From the NCBI GenBank assembly GCA_016618085.1, contig JABLTG010000035.1, forward strand, positions 1 through 64,000: DNA of 64,000 bases, written 5' to 3'. Of the stretch, positions 1 through 13,105 are shown piece after piece. Source of the DNA: Neovahlkampfia damariscottae (taxonomy: Eukaryota). The position numbers were made by a program, and so were the translations under genes. Positions within the stretch are counted from its first letter, which is position 1; every line of letters begins with the position of its first letter. Below the pieces are notes generated by a model that ran no database searches, was not told the origin of the DNA, and was given only the letters and a program-made list of their open reading frames with translations.

Positions 1-215
1 CCAAACCCAAACCCAAACCCAAACCCCAAACCCAAACCCAAAACCCAAACCCAAACCCAAACCCAAACCCAAACCCAAACCCAAACCCAAACCCAAACCC
101 AAACCCAAACCCAAATCCAAATCCAAAATCCAAACCCAAACCCAAAATCCAAACCCAAAATCCAAAAATCCAAAAACTTAAAACCCAAAACTCAAACTCT
201 TAAAATTCAAAAACA
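1..215. repeat. Telomeric repeat array (CCCAAA)n, i.e. TTTGGG on the minus strand, degenerating inward
   Basis: Near-perfect CCCAAA units run from base 1 to about 115, with occasional CCCCAAA/CCCAAAA. TCCAAA/TCCAAAA variants follow and decay by about 215. The C-rich strand sits at the 5' window end. Confidence 0.95.
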
Positions 216-770
216 TCCCCTGTACTAAATCTCAGAAGTATCAGTCACTATTTCAGAGTGAAAAATACTCCCGAAATGTTTTGTACTATAATTCAGTTCT
301 TCATTGTTTCAATTGGTCATTTAAACCATAATTATTTCTTGATCTACATTGAAATTGACGCTTCATTGAAAGGTGAGTGTTAGTATGCAATTTTAGTCTT
401 AAACTTGAAAAATGGTTAATTTCGACATCATAGGATATTAACTGGTTGTATATCATCATGGAATACTCGGATAGAAACCTTGGTGTTCTGATCTTGATAC
501 CGAAAATTTTGGTTTAGTTTGCTCTTGTAGAGGATATGGATTGAGTTTGGGTTGAATTTATGTTGTAGATTAATTTGACTGATTGAGTGGTTGGGGGCAG
601 CAACATATCATTTTAAATGGTACAACATAACTCTCAACAAAAACTGGAATTGATCGAAAAACATTTTGTTTGTTACTTTTTCATTTGTGTGTTCATCAGT
701 TTGTTTTCTTCTGAGAGTCAAAGGAACAGGTTGAATCATAAGAATTTTGGAAATGTGAATTTGGCCAATC

Positions 771-1289
771 ATGTCAAATTACAAAGTTGTTGGATCTGCT
801 GAAACTGTTGTTCCTGATGATGCAAAAATTATTTATCAACTTGTTGAATCACAACACATTGAACTTATGTTTTGTAGTCAGGAGATAGCACAGAAGATAG
901 CTGAACTAATATCTCTTGAGAAAATAGAAAAAAGATATGAATTAGGTGCGGAATGTATTGAAATTATCCAAAAAATGAATGGTATATTGAAAGAAATGAA
1001 ACAAACATTTTCTGAAAATAAACAACTATTAAAAATATTTGCACTTGGTAAAAAAAGAATATCAGAAAATGATGTGAATATTCATGAAGAAAATGTATTT
1101 AAATTTAAAAAAAAATTCATTGAAATACTAATGAATAATGGTACTTATGAAGGGAGATATGTTGAAGAAGTATTTAATATTTTGAAAAAAAGAGTTGAAA
1201 AAGATAAAGAAGAAATACAAAAAATTGAACCATTTGTTATTGTGAGAAATATTGAGACAGGTTTAGATGAAAAAATATATTTAAATTAA
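771..1289 (+). CDS. Subtelomeric hypothetical protein (172 aa, intronless)
   Basis: Clean ORF with genome-typical codon usage. CCAAT at 765-769 sits 1 nt before the ATG. No family recognised. Confidence 0.7.
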   Translation: MSNYKVVGSAETVVPDDAKIIYQLVESQHIELMFCSQEIAQKIAELISLEKIEKRYELGAECIEIIQKMNGILKEMKQTFSENKQLLKIFALGKKRISENDVNIHEENVFKFKKKFIEILMNNGTYEGRYVEEVFNILKKRVEKDKEEIQKIEPFVIVRNIETGLDEKIYLN

Positions 1290-1298
1290 AATAATATT

Positions 1299-1969
1299 TT
1301 ATGTAAAATAAGATGATCCTTCTTGAATTTCTTCACCATCACCATCACCATTACCACCACCACCAGATGTTAATTTATTATAAATTTGAGTGACAAAACT
1401 ATCTTCTCCACTTTCATATCTCATCCAACAGAAAATATAAAGTATACCATATACTATTGATAAAACACCAGGTACACCACCTAGTGCAACAAAAAAACAT
1501 GGTATAGGTGCTATTAACCAAACAACTCCTCTTATTAAATAATTTTTGATAAAAAAATAAAAAACTAGCATTTCAAAGAACATAACAGCAATTCCAAATG
1601 CAATACAATATCCACCTAAAACATCTAAAAAATATTTTAAATTAAAATATTCTTACACTAAAAAAAAATATTAAAAATTGGAAAGTAAATTCATCATACA
1701 TTATACCACTTTCCTTCATTTAAAAATGGAATAAACATTAATCCACCAGATGCTTAAAAAATAATATAAATCAATTTATTTAAATTACCCATTGATATGA
1801 GACCTTTAAAGTCAGTTAATCAAAATATAAATAACGAACCTAAAGGTATTGAAAGAAATTTTAAAAATTTTCCAAAGTTAGGAAGACCAAAAGCAGAAAT
1901 GGTTCCATTAAATCCTCTTCTAAATAAATTTACTGATGAAGTACAAACACTCAAACCAAATTCTTCCAT
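1299..1969 (-). CDS. Small multipass membrane protein, COPI-associated/Tvp15-like (4 introns, 1-nt exon at 1657)
   Basis: Spliced product KFLKFLSIPLGLISMASGGLMFIPF...YVLGGYCIAFGIAVMFFEML...LIRGVVWL. The hydrophobic pattern resembles the COPI_assoc family. Confidence 0.6.
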
Positions 1970-2107
1970 TGGAATGTTTATTTTGATTTAATTGGTTGAA
2001 AAAAAAAAAAAAGATTTAAAGAATAATTTAGTTTATTTCCAAAAAATATAAAAAATATTTTCATCATTTCTAAACCAAAATTAATCCAATATATGAGGGG
2101 TTTGCTA

Positions 2108-3684
2108 TTAAGCAACATATAATTTTTTATCAATTGAAGGTGGAATTGGTCTAATTTCTGTACCTAATTCTTGTTCAATTTTAAAAAGATTAAATCTATC
2201 TTCATAAGTAACAAAATTAATTGCAATTCCTAAATGACCATAACGACCACTTCTACCAATTCTATGAAGATAAGTTTCTGATGTTTTTGGAAAATCAAAA
2301 TTAATGACTACATTAACTGCTTGAATATCTTTGAATAGTTTAAAATTAAAAATTGTAATTACCAATTCCTCTTGTAAATAAATCTGATGAAACTAAATTT
2401 CTACATGCACCACCACGAAAATCATGAAATACTCTATTTCTTTCTTGTTGTGGCATTTTTGCATGAATATAATAACAAGAATAACCTAATTCTGTTACTT
2501 TTTTTGCTAATAATTCAACTCTATTTACTGAATTACAAAATATAATAGATTGATTAATTTGAAGTTTTGAAAAAAGAGTATTTAAACAATGTACTTTTTG
2601 TCTTTCTTCAACAAATGCATAATATTGTGTTACACCTTTTAATGTTAATTCATCCATTAAATTAATTTCATATGGTTTGTTTAAATATTTATCTTTAAAA
2701 TCTTTAACTGTAACTGGAAAAGTAGCAGAGAATAATAAAATTTGTCTTTGTTTTGCTGTTAATGAAATAATTCCATCAATAATTTCCTCAAATTCAGGTG
2801 ATAATAATTTATCTGCTTCATCCATTACTAACATTTGACATTTATCTAATTTTGCAATTTCTTTTTTACCTAAATCTAATACTCTTCCAGGTGTTGCAAC
2901 TAAAATATGAACTGGTTTATAAAGACGAAGAATATCATCTTTTAAAGATGTACCTCCTGTTGTAACCATAACTTGTACATCTAAATATTTTCCTAATTCT
3001 TTACAAACTGATGATGTTTGTAAAGCAAGTTCTCTTGTTGGTACAAGTATTAAAACTTGAATATAATCTTTAGTTGGATCAACTTTTTCAATTGAAGGAA
3101 TAATAAATGCAGCTTAAAATTTATATTATTTTTTTTTAAATATCATACCTGTTTTACCAGTACCATTTTTTGCTCTTGCCAATATATCTTTACCAAAAGT
3201 TGCAATTGGAATTGTTATTTCTATAATTATTTTTAAAAAAAAAAAAAAAAAAAAACCTTGAATTGGACTTGGTTTTTCAAAACCTTTTTCATAAATTGCC
3301 ATAAGAAGTTCTCTTTTCAGATAAAAATCTTCAAATGAGTTTCCTTTTGTTAATGTGACATCCTCTGTTTGAAGTCTTTCATCTTTTTTTGGTGCTGAAA
3401 GTTTATCTTTCCAATTTTCATCATCTCTGTTTTTATTTTTAGAAAAAAAAAAGAATAAAATCAAACTTGTCTATAACTTTGTTATATTTTTTCTCTTTAT
3501 ATGAATTTATGTTTTGATATAAATTTTCTCCTTCTTTTGTGTATTTTGGGTTAATGTTTTGAACGTTATTGTATCCTCTGTATCTGTTATTGTTGTAACC
3601 ACCTTTTCTGTAATTATTTTTGTTTGGATAATTCTTCTTTTCTTGTGAATTTGTTTGATTTGAATTTTGTTTACCGCTGCTCAT
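2108..3684 (-). CDS. DDX6: DEAD-box RNA helicase DDX6/Dhh1
   Basis: Motifs [27 protein letters not shown] and [10 protein letters not shown], plus the DDX6-specific [30 protein letters not shown] introns. Confidence 0.97.
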
Positions 3685-3887
3685 CTTGTTCAGATTTGAT
3701 GAATTCTCTGTACAAATATAATTCTGATTGGACAAAAAAATCTTATTCTCAAATACCATTGGTTTGGTACCAATAAAATAACTTACAAATTTTATTCAAA
3801 GTTTGTTATTATTTTTTTTGTGAACGTTGAATATTAATTTATTTTGATTGGTCATTTTTTTAACAACTAAATTGTTCCAAAACACGC

Positions 3888-6234
3888 ATGGCTAGCATAC
3901 AACTGACATGGCTGGAATGGGGCTTTATTACGAATGGTGGTATATCATTGATTTCATTACTTTTTTCAATGATGTTTTATCTGATGCGAGTTGTTTTTGA
4001 AGTGAGCAAAATAATAATCTAAGCTTTTAGTTATGTTTAGAACGACCTGGAAAAAATAATTTGGCATTTAATAGTATATTTAAATCAAAAAATTGCAAAG
4101 GTTGTTTAGAAACAACATGTTGGTCTTATTTGAATATTGTTTATATTTTGGAAGGATTTTCAAATTTTATTTTTGCTGTTTCTTTATGTTTATATTTGGC
4201 ATTACCAGCAGCATTCTCTGTCATACATGTTGGTATTGCTATTGGTTGTAGCATTCCAATCATTATAATATTTGTTACACATTCATGCAGGTAAACAAAA
4301 TAAATGAAATGAAATATTCTTTTTACAGAGAGAGACATGTTTCAAATGTATATGGTGATAATGAAATTGAAATTGAAGACGAAAACTTAAAAGATTTTGA
4401 AGTTGATGAAAACGAAGAAGAGTTAGAAAGTGTTCCTATCACTTCACAAGATCAACAAAAAAAGAATAAACAACAAGAAGAAGAAGAAGAAAATAAAATT
4501 GAAGAAAAAGAAATTGAAGAAAATAAACAAGAAGAAGAAAAAGAAAAAAAAAATAAAAAAAAATTTAAAGGTGGTTGTTGTGGAGCTGGAAGAAATATAA
4601 CTTGTTTTATATTTGAAAAGACAATTGGTAATTATTTAGAAAGTTTAAAGAATGGATTAAAAAAAAAGATATTATTATATTGTTTAGCATTAATATTTTC
4701 AATAACGATAGTGTATTCATTATTTAATATTTTTTTAATATCTTTTTTTTTTTTAGATCAATTGGAATATATTCTTTTAATAGAGTTTGTGCTTGTTTAT
4801 ATCCTGTTGCATTCTCAACACAATTAACTAGATTAGTTCAAGGTTTATGGGATCCATCATGTAGAAAAAATGAAATTTGTTTTGTTTATTTAAATTTACC
4901 AGAAAATCCACAGTAAAATTAAATTTATATATGATATTTAAATACACATTTTAATAGTTCTGAAATGATTATAAAATTTCATACAAGATCAAATGGAAAA
5001 GATATTAAACTTTATTATGATACAGTATCAAGAAAGTAAAAATTAAATATATAATTATTAATATTTTTTTTTTAAAAGTAATATAAATGATTATTCATTT
5101 AAAATTAATTGTACAACTTATGATATGTCAAGTTATACTATTGAAGAAGATAAATTTGTTCATACATGTGATTTAACTGGATTATCATCAGATACAAATT
5201 ATTATTTTAATCCACAAGTTATTTATGATTATAATAATGTGTAAATAATTATTATTTTAATTTTAAATTTAGAACATATTCTTATAATTCAACTGAAAAA
5301 CGATTTAAAACATTAACTTCAAATCAAAATGAAATACATTTTTCAAATGGTGGTGATTATGGTTTAAATTCAGAAGGTAGAAATTTATTAAAACAAGCTG
5401 CATTATTATCACCTTCATTTTTTATTTTAGGTGGTGATATTGGTTATGCAAATTCATTTTCATCATGTTATTATCGTTGGGATGATTTTTTTAGAGATGT
5501 TCAAAATTTATTAATTACTCCACAAGGAAATATGATACCATTATTAACTTGTATTGGAAATCATGAAGCAGAATCTGCATTATTTAATAGAAAAAGATCA
5601 TCTGCAATTGATTATATCATTTATTTTTCACATAAAATTGGTGAAAGTGGTTATTCAAGAAAGTTATATCATTCTCACAAGTATTTATATATTTAATTAT
5701 TATATTAATATTATTAGTCTTGGTTCACATTCTTCATTAATAGTTTTAGACTCTGGTGTAATTACTAATTATCAAGATCAAATACCTTTTATTAATACTA
5801 TTTGGAATTCAAATAATAAAAGAAAATATGCTGTTTATCATGCTCCAATATTTCCAAGTGTTAGAAGTTTAACAAATACACAAGTAGTTTCGGGAAAATT
5901 ACACTGGGAACCAATATTTTCAAATTTTAATGTTACCATTGGATTTGAACATCATGATCATCTTTTAAAAAGAACGAATTTTATAAAAAATGGTGTTGTT
6001 CAATCATCTGGTACTGTTTACGTTGGTGATGGTTCTTTAGGTGTTAGAAGAGTTTCTCCTGTTACTGCATTACCTAGTATTAAAAATATTAATTTTAAAA
6101 AATTATTAGATTATTTGGTCACCAGAAAAGAAATGGGTCACTTTTGGAATGTAAAAATAACACAAAATCAATGTAATATTGAAGCCTTTGATCAAATTGG
6201 AGGTTCACAAGATCAATTAACATTAAGTTTATAA
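3888..6234 (+). CDS. Membrane-anchored purple acid phosphatase / metallophosphoesterase
   Basis: GGDYG, GGDIGYAN, IGNHE, VYHAP and FEHHDH metallophosphoesterase motifs, preceded by an FN3-like region and N-terminal TM segments. Multiple introns. Confidence 0.85.
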
Positions 6235-6309
6235 AAATAAAATAAAATTTTAAATCGATTATTTTTTGTTGTCCAATTAAAAAGTGACGCGTTTTTAGTT
6301 TGAAAAAAA

Positions 6310-6834
6310 ATGAAGAGTATTGTGCCCACCACAAATTTATCTGATTCAAAACAAATAAAAGAAACATTAGATTCTTCAATCTTTTCAATTTTAGAAGACA
6401 AAGGTCATGAAGCTTCATTATCTACCAATAACTTACAATTAGTTTTAGGAATACTTGCATGTTTGAGTACAGGTTTGTCATATTATCTGAATGATAAAAT
6501 TATATGCTATATACTTTGTGGATGTTTCTTTTTTTTCAATTCAATTTTGACTTTGTTTGGATATTTGTTCAAGAATAATGTTTTGATCAGTAAAAATTTG
6601 AAATTTGAATCAAATATGAAAAAGTATTCACTTGAATATGAAATCAAATTGCACTTTTTATCCAAAAATTTATTTTTTTTGACAAAAGAACTTCAAAAGG
6701 GTGATAACATTATTTCAAAAAAAATTGATGTGCAAAACTATTTTGATATCAATGGCAAAGTTGACAAAAAAAAATTGGATAACTTGGTTGATCAGCTATT
6801 GATTGAATTTGATAAAAACAAAAAAATACAATAA
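6310..6834 (+). CDS. SPCS2: Signal peptidase complex subunit 2 (SPC25)
   Basis: NLSDSKQIKETLD, two TM helices, SNMKKYSLEY and YFDINGKV fit the SPC25 pattern. Confidence 0.75.
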   Translation: MKSIVPTTNLSDSKQIKETLDSSIFSILEDKGHEASLSTNNLQLVLGILACLSTGLSYYLNDKIICYILCGCFFFFNSILTLFGYLFKNNVLISKNLKFESNMKKYSLEYEIKLHFLSKNLFFLTKELQKGDNIISKKIDVQNYFDINGKVDKKKLDNLVDQLLIEFDKNKKIQ

Positions 6835-6959
6835 AATTATTTTACCATTCGTTTCTATTGGTCGAAAAAATTAGAACTAGAAGCTCAAGTAAAAATCTAA
6901 AATTAGAGAACCAATTAAAACTGGTGAAAGTTTTGGAAGCAAAAAAAAAAAAAAAAGGA

Positions 6960-8158
6960 ATGAGTTTTGGTTTCTCTGATTTGGAAGATTTAGCCAGTGA
7001 TACTTTAACAGATTTTGGAATACTTCCATCAACAACACATTTGAATTATACAACTCTTTCAGAAAGTATACCTTTAGTTTGCGTCGAGTTATATGATTTC
7101 TATGGTTTGACGACGACTATTTTATTCTAATAATTTTTAAAGGAAATAAAATCAATGATGGAAGAATATTCAATCCAAAATTAGTCTTAAACGAAAATTC
7201 TTTTTATCTTGAATTTGATGATTCCTTTATGGGATTATCAAGAACAATATTTTATGGTTCTGAAATTATTAGTTTATGCAGACAATCAGATGCTAATGGA
7301 TTATATATGAAAAATTCAAAACAGTTCAACGTGAAAACTTCAAAAGGATATTTTTATAAAGATTCACCTTTTTCAACATGTTTGGGATTAGTAAGATAAC
7401 AAATCTATTTTTTAAAGTTTGAAGTTATTTCAATTTCAAAATATTAATGATATATCAACAATATTTAAAAAAATTCTAAAGAATTTAGAATTAATGAAAC
7501 ATTTACGTGTAATTTATAATGACTGGTATTTAATTTTGTATAAAATATTAATTTTTTAAACAGGATGATTTGTGGTCAAATGTGTTCGGACACAGAAGTA
7601 AAATTAATTTCATTATCATTACAAAAACCAATTATAAATCACAAAAGAATACAAGAAGGAACATTTGTACAACAAACAATTATTAATAATCAACCAATTA
7701 TTAATCAAAATTATTCAAAAGAAATGAAAATTCATTCATCTTCTAAAATTAATGATATTAAAAATGAACAAAGAAAAAGTTTATCAAATGAAAGAATACC
7801 TGAAATATTGGATATGTCAAAATTAAATCTTGTTTTACCATTAAGTTATAAATTAGTTCATAAAGAAGTTAAAACTGAAATTGAAAAATTATTAAAAGAA
7901 AAAAAAATTTTAGTTTATCAAATCTCAAATGGTTTATGTTTGGCTTTAGCAAACGCAAAATCAAAAGAATCAATAATTAGAGCATGTAAAGTTTTGAAAA
8001 CTTTATCAAGTTATCCAAATCATCAATTCACTGATATCAATTCAATCGCAAAATATATCATTACAGAAAAAAAAGAAAAAGAATACAAATCAATTCAATC
8101 TTCAAATAACATTCTATCACAATTTTTTAATTTTTTAAAAAATTATTTTGTAAAATAA
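6960..8158 (+). CDS. Hypothetical protein (3 introns)
   Basis: ORF fragments join through GT-AG mini-introns. CCAAT at 6911. Confidence 0.65.
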
Positions 8159-8236
8159 ATTTTTTTATTCCCAACAAAATTTTTTTCGTTTGATTGGATT
8201 TAAATTCTCCGAATCATTTGGTTGGTCCAATTAAAA

Positions 8237-8725
8237 ATGTCTAGCAAAGTTGTTTTGGTTTTATTTTGCTTGTTCCTCTTCTCTTGTCAAATTACTGCAA
8301 CAGAAGTTGATGTTGAAAGTACAGTTGATAGAGTCTTTGCAATGAAAGAAAATGACCCAACTGATGATAGTGGAATTGAAACACTTGATCAAATGAAAAA
8401 AGTTGTTCTCGAAAAAAGTACAACGGATAACAAAAAAGAAAATACTTTAGAAAATTTATTAAATGAAGAATCTAAATCAGAATCTGTCAAACAACAATCA
8501 CATTCAAAAGTTGAAAGTGAAGGAGACGAAATTCTTGAAATTTCTTCAAAAGTTCTTTCTGAACCTTCTGATGAAACAAAACAATCTTCAACAACTTTAA
8601 GTGCACCAACAACATCTTCTACAAAAAATGTTCAAAATGAAAAACTTGATTCAGCTGCTTGTTTTGATTTATGTATTAACACTGGAAATAAGAAAGAATT
8701 TTGTTCAAAAAGTTGTAAAGCATAA
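8237..8725 (+). CDS. Secreted acidic Ser/Thr/Glu-rich protein with a C-terminal 4-Cys motif
   Basis: Signal peptide MSSKVVLVLFCLFLFSCQITA and C-terminal CFDLC...FCSKSC. CCAAT at 8227. Confidence 0.75.
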   Translation: MSSKVVLVLFCLFLFSCQITATEVDVESTVDRVFAMKENDPTDDSGIETLDQMKKVVLEKSTTDNKKENTLENLLNEESKSESVKQQSHSKVESEGDEILEISSKVLSEPSDETKQSSTTLSAPTTSSTKNVQNEKLDSAACFDLCINTGNKKEFCSKSCKA

Positions 8726-8840
8726 AAAATTTAACAATTTAATTATTATTGCTCTTTTTTTTTTTTTTTGCACACCTCCATAACATGATGAAGAAGTAAG
8801 AAACTTATTTTTATCCACCAATCATTATTTATTCAACAGA

Positions 8841-9202
8841 ATGAGCACTTTTGATAAAAATATGACTCAGTCAGAAAAAGAACACTACTTCATTCAAGAA
8901 ACTCTAAATTTGTTGAAATCAGTGATAGATAAATTTTCCATTGACTCTATAATGGAAACTCCAGTTGTTTATTGTTTTTTTTACTTTTATTCTAACATTT
9001 AGATCCTTTTTATCTTTTCAATAAGTGTGTTGATGTCACAATCAAAATTTCAGAACATGATCCTTTTTCTCTTAAATTTCATTGTTACGTGATGACCATA
9101 CGATTTGATTTTGAAACTGGAAAAGATATAAGTACAACTAAAAGAGCGTACCTGGGTTTTTTTCCATTTCCTGCAATTCTTCCTATATCATCCAATCTAT
9201 GA
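8841..9202 (+). CDS. Small hypothetical protein (1 intron), absent from the ORF track
   Basis: ATG at 8841 follows CCAAT at 8818. A GT-AG intron of about 29 nt joins two open frames ending at TGA 9200-9202. Confidence 0.45.
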
Positions 9203-9331
9203 ATAAATTAATTATTTTTGTTGATGTCTTTATGAATAAAATTGAAGGTTAATCAATATACTGTTTATTGTAGGACATTCTTCATTTTATTAATTTTGAG
9301 GAGTTGATTTCATTGACCAATCAAATATTTC

Positions 9332-9681
9332 ATGGCAGAAAAAACAAACAAAGGAGTTGAATTTGGTACTGATAATTTTATTGTTAACTGTTTTCAAAAA
9401 AAGGAAATTTGAGAAGACCTATTTCTACTCATTACATTTACAGTGAAGGTTCAGAAGAACAATTAACTTGTGATTCTACAAAACTAGGTAAATCACTTTT
9501 TTATTTTATTTTTTACACTAACTCATCAGATGAATGCTTGAAAAAACATTTAAAGAATGAAAATGAATTTCCAAAAGCCTGCTCAACTGAAATGCAAAAT
9601 TTTAAAAAAATGTGTGGTTTGAGAAGAGGACTAAATTTACAAAATATAAAAATCAGAAATTGCAATTTTGAAGAATTTTAA
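9332..9681 (+). CDS. Small Cys-pair protein (CX7C...CX10C), possibly CHCH-like mitochondrial
   Basis: Spliced MAEKTNKGVEFGNLRRP...TCDSTKLDECLKKH...ACSTEMQNFKKMC. CCAAT at 9317. Confidence 0.55.
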
Positions 9682-9747
9682 ATAAAAAGTTTTATTTTTA
9701 ATAAATGTGCCAATCACCAATCAGCTCTAATTTATTTTCAGAAAGTG

Positions 9748-11806
9748 ATGGAGAATAACAAAATACCCAAAAGGAAAAGTATTAATGATTCAAATAGATA
9801 TGGAGAGAGAAGTTCAGTTAGTAGTATCAGAAGTGTATCTTCCACTGGTTCTGACACAAGAGAAGACGAAGTTGATACTGAACATTTTCGAGTAAGTTAA
9901 AGTTATTTTTATATTTAATTAAAGTTATCACAATCATTTGATGAAAAACCAAATAATAAAGTGATAGAGAAATGGAAAAATGTTAATGCGAATATGTCTA
10001 AAAGGTTACAAAGTTTTAATGAAACCTTAACAGTTTGAATATTTTTATTTTTATTTTTATTTAAGGATGGTGAAGTTGCTTTAACTTCTGGTATTAATAA
10101 AGCATTAGAAAAAACAACAAATTCAACTCGAAAAATAATAAAAGATATTAAAGATATTGAAATAATTATACCAAAAAATAAAAAGAGATTAGATTCAAAA
10201 TATAATTCAATTATAATACATAATACACAAAAACCACTTGTTATTGGATATCTTTATGTTTCAAGTATATTATTTTTATTTTTTATCTTTTTTTTTTTAG
10301 TTCATGAATTAGAAAACTTTGAATTTTATTCTGATATTAATAATGATTATATTTATTGTTCATTATTATTTGAAGCACAAAAAATATTAACATCATTTCA
10401 AAGTGATCCATTTGAATGGAATGAAACATGTAGATTAAATGTAACTGATGAAAATTCAACATTATATATTGAATTATTCTTAAAATCAAATAACAAATTT
10501 ATTGGTGTTATTTCTTTAAATTTAAGAAAGTTTTTAAAAGAGAATATGATTGATTCAAATTATCCATTAATTGATGAATTAGGTTCAGAAATACCAAATG
10601 TTAGATTACATTTATCTATTCAATATTCAAAATTAATTAAAAATGATGAAATTAAAAAACAACAAGAAGAAGAAGAAGAAGAAATTAAAAAAGATGAAAA
10701 TAATGATATAAGTGTTAAAAATGATAATATAAGTGTTCAAAATAATAATATAAATCAAAATGATAATGTTAATGAAAATGATAATATAATTCAAAATGAT
10801 ATAGACGATATAAAAGAACATAATCAAAATGAACAACAAAATATAAGTCTATTATATTCAACCATAGATAATGAAAGATTAAATCAAATAGAGAATGATA
10901 TTATTGAAAATCAAGAAGAATTAAATAAATTAAAACAACTTCAATTTTCAACATTATCACAATTAGCATCATCTAAAGTAGATACTAAATTAAATACTAT
11001 TGAATTACAATTTGAAGAATTAAATGGTTTAATTAGACAATTATCACAAGAAAATAAAGAATTAAAATTACAAGTATCTGAAACAACAGAAGATGTATTA
11101 TTTTATAAACAAAAAGTAAAGATTAATATTAATATTAAAAAAAATAAAGTTAATGACATTAGAAGATCATATTGATTTTTTAAGACAACAACAAGGTAGA
11201 AAGATGATTGAATGGGTTTATTTATTTTTATCAATGATAATGTATTTAGTTAGTAGAGTTGTTGTATTTTTAGGATATTTATCAAGATTAATGAATTTAT
11301 CAAAAAATATAAATAAATTTGATGAATTTGAAAATCAATTATTAAAAAGACAAGAAGTAGTTCAACAATTATCAAAGAAATTTAATTACGAAGCAGAAAA
11401 AAGATTTATACCAATATCTCAAATGAAATCAGAATATGAATCTTATATTGATAATATTGAACAAGAAGAAAAAGAAGAAGAAGAAGAAGAAGAAATTATA
11501 ATTCAAAATGATAATTCAGATGATGAATATTTAGATGTAAATGGGGATGATGATACAAAAGATGAACAAAAAAAAGAAAATTTAAAAAAAGAAGTAATAC
11601 AAATTAATCAATTAAAAGGATTATTATCACAAACTCAAAATGATATACCATCACCATTAACTGTTAGATCATTGGATGATTATAAAAAAATAAATGAAGA
11701 AAAAAAAAATGAACAAATTGAAAATAAAAAAGAAGAAAAGGATTGGTTTGAAAAATTAATGGAATCAAATAATTTTGGTGGTTATGATAAATTAAAAAAG
11801 AATTAA
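9748..11806 (+). CDS. C2-domain, coiled-coil, TM-containing protein
   Basis: C2-like segment (PFEWNETCRLNVTDENSTLYIELF...FIGVISLNL), coiled coil and hydrophobic helix EWVYLFLSMIMYLV. 4 introns. Confidence 0.65.
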
Positions 11807-11887
11807 ATTTAGAAATTATTTATCCTAAATTTAATTTATATTTATTTTGAACCTCACAAAAATCATAAATTAAAAAAAAAAGGAAAA

Positions 11888-12658
11888 ATGAAAAAAGATG
11901 GTTCAAGAAGAAAAAATATATTAATAATAATTTAAAAGGTTTAATATATAGTTGTATTAAAATTGATGGAAATATAAAATTTGAAATTAAAGAAAATGAA
12001 TTTAAATTAAAAGAAAAGTTTCTAATGGAACATATTTTAAATTTTAAAGTTGAAAAATCAGTAAAAATATTAAAAGTATTGAATGAATATCAAATATTTG
12101 GTTTAAATGATGCTGATGAAAATATTTCATTCTTTTGTATTTCAACAATATCATTTCCAATTAGAATATCAAATGATTATTTATTAGAAATGAAAAATAA
12201 AATGAATTCAATTTATTCAATTTTTAAAGAAAATAAAAAAAGAATGAAAGAATTAAATAAATTACTTCATGAACAATTTAAATTATTTAATAATGTAAAT
12301 AATGATATTTTTATTGAATGTAAAGATTTAATTGAAATTAGAAAAGAAGAAACTCAAAAAAATATTGGTATATTCATTGTTTTTATTAATATCTCTTTGA
12401 AGATGCTGCTTTAGAAAGAGGTGACTCTATTGATAGAATTGTTGAAAAAGTTGATAAAATTGAAACAGTTGGATTTTCAATGAAAGGAAAAAGTAAAAAA
12501 TTAAAATCAAGTTTAAATTGTCAAAACTTAATTTTATATTTTTTAATATTTTTTATTTCAATCGTAAAATGAAAAATAATTTATATTTTATTTAGGTAAT
12601 TGTAATTTCAATCATTTTTATTCTTATTTTGAAATATGTCATTTTAAAGGATACATAA
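11888..12658 (+). CDS. Longin R-SNARE (VAMP7-like)
   Basis: Spliced NIDAALERGDSIDRIVEKVDKI synaptobrevin motif, C-terminal TM and N-terminal longin-like region. Confidence 0.8.
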
Positions 12659-12671
12659 AATCATTTTTTCA

Positions 12672-13063
12672 TTATTTTTTTTTTCTTTTTTAATATTTTT
12701 AATATTTTTGATAAAATAGAATAACAAAATAAATAGAATTTTCCAATGTTCATGTGAGAAGGATTTTCTTTGAAATTACTTTCAATTTCCTATTTTCAAA
12801 AAAATTAAACAAATATTATTAAATACACTTCCAATTTGTATAATGAATCCTTTTACTTTATAATATACATGCAAATTTAATTCATTTTCATTCATTTTTT
12901 CACAAATTTTATAAATTCTTTTTGTCAAAATGAAAAAATTATAGTTTCTCAACACTGTTCTACAATTCTTTAAAAATCCAAATAACAATTCATTTTCAAC
13001 TTTAAGTTCTTTGTGTAGAGTTGACAGTAATTCCACTCTTTCTTTTTGTGATGACTTGTTCAT
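12672..13063 (-). CDS. Hypothetical protein (1 intron)
   Basis: ORF 12782-13063 is extended by a GT-AG intron to the stop at 12672. CCAAT (ATTGG on +) at 13092. Confidence 0.55.
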
Positions 13064-13105
13064 TGATTTTCAGGATTTAATAACGAATTTGATTGGATAA
13101 AATAT

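Noticed and set aside
1..215. CRISPR-like or satellite interpretation of the repeat
   Set aside because: It is a spacerless hexamer array at the sequence end, consistent with a telomere.
440..500. Box C/D-like words (ATGATGA/CTGA) in the subtelomere and near 8785
   Set aside because: No terminal stem or guide complementarity could be shown, and such words are expected by chance.
617..802. 61-aa subtelomeric ORF
   Set aside because: It overlaps the better-supported 771 gene and its promoter, and has no recognisable features.
3496..3531. Possible non-canonical GA-AG intron in the DDX6 N-terminus
   Set aside because: The frame is open through the region and no conserved motif requires its removal.
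6651..6688. Possible GC-AG intron in SPCS2
   Set aside because: Removing it causes a frameshift and stop before the conserved YFD motif.
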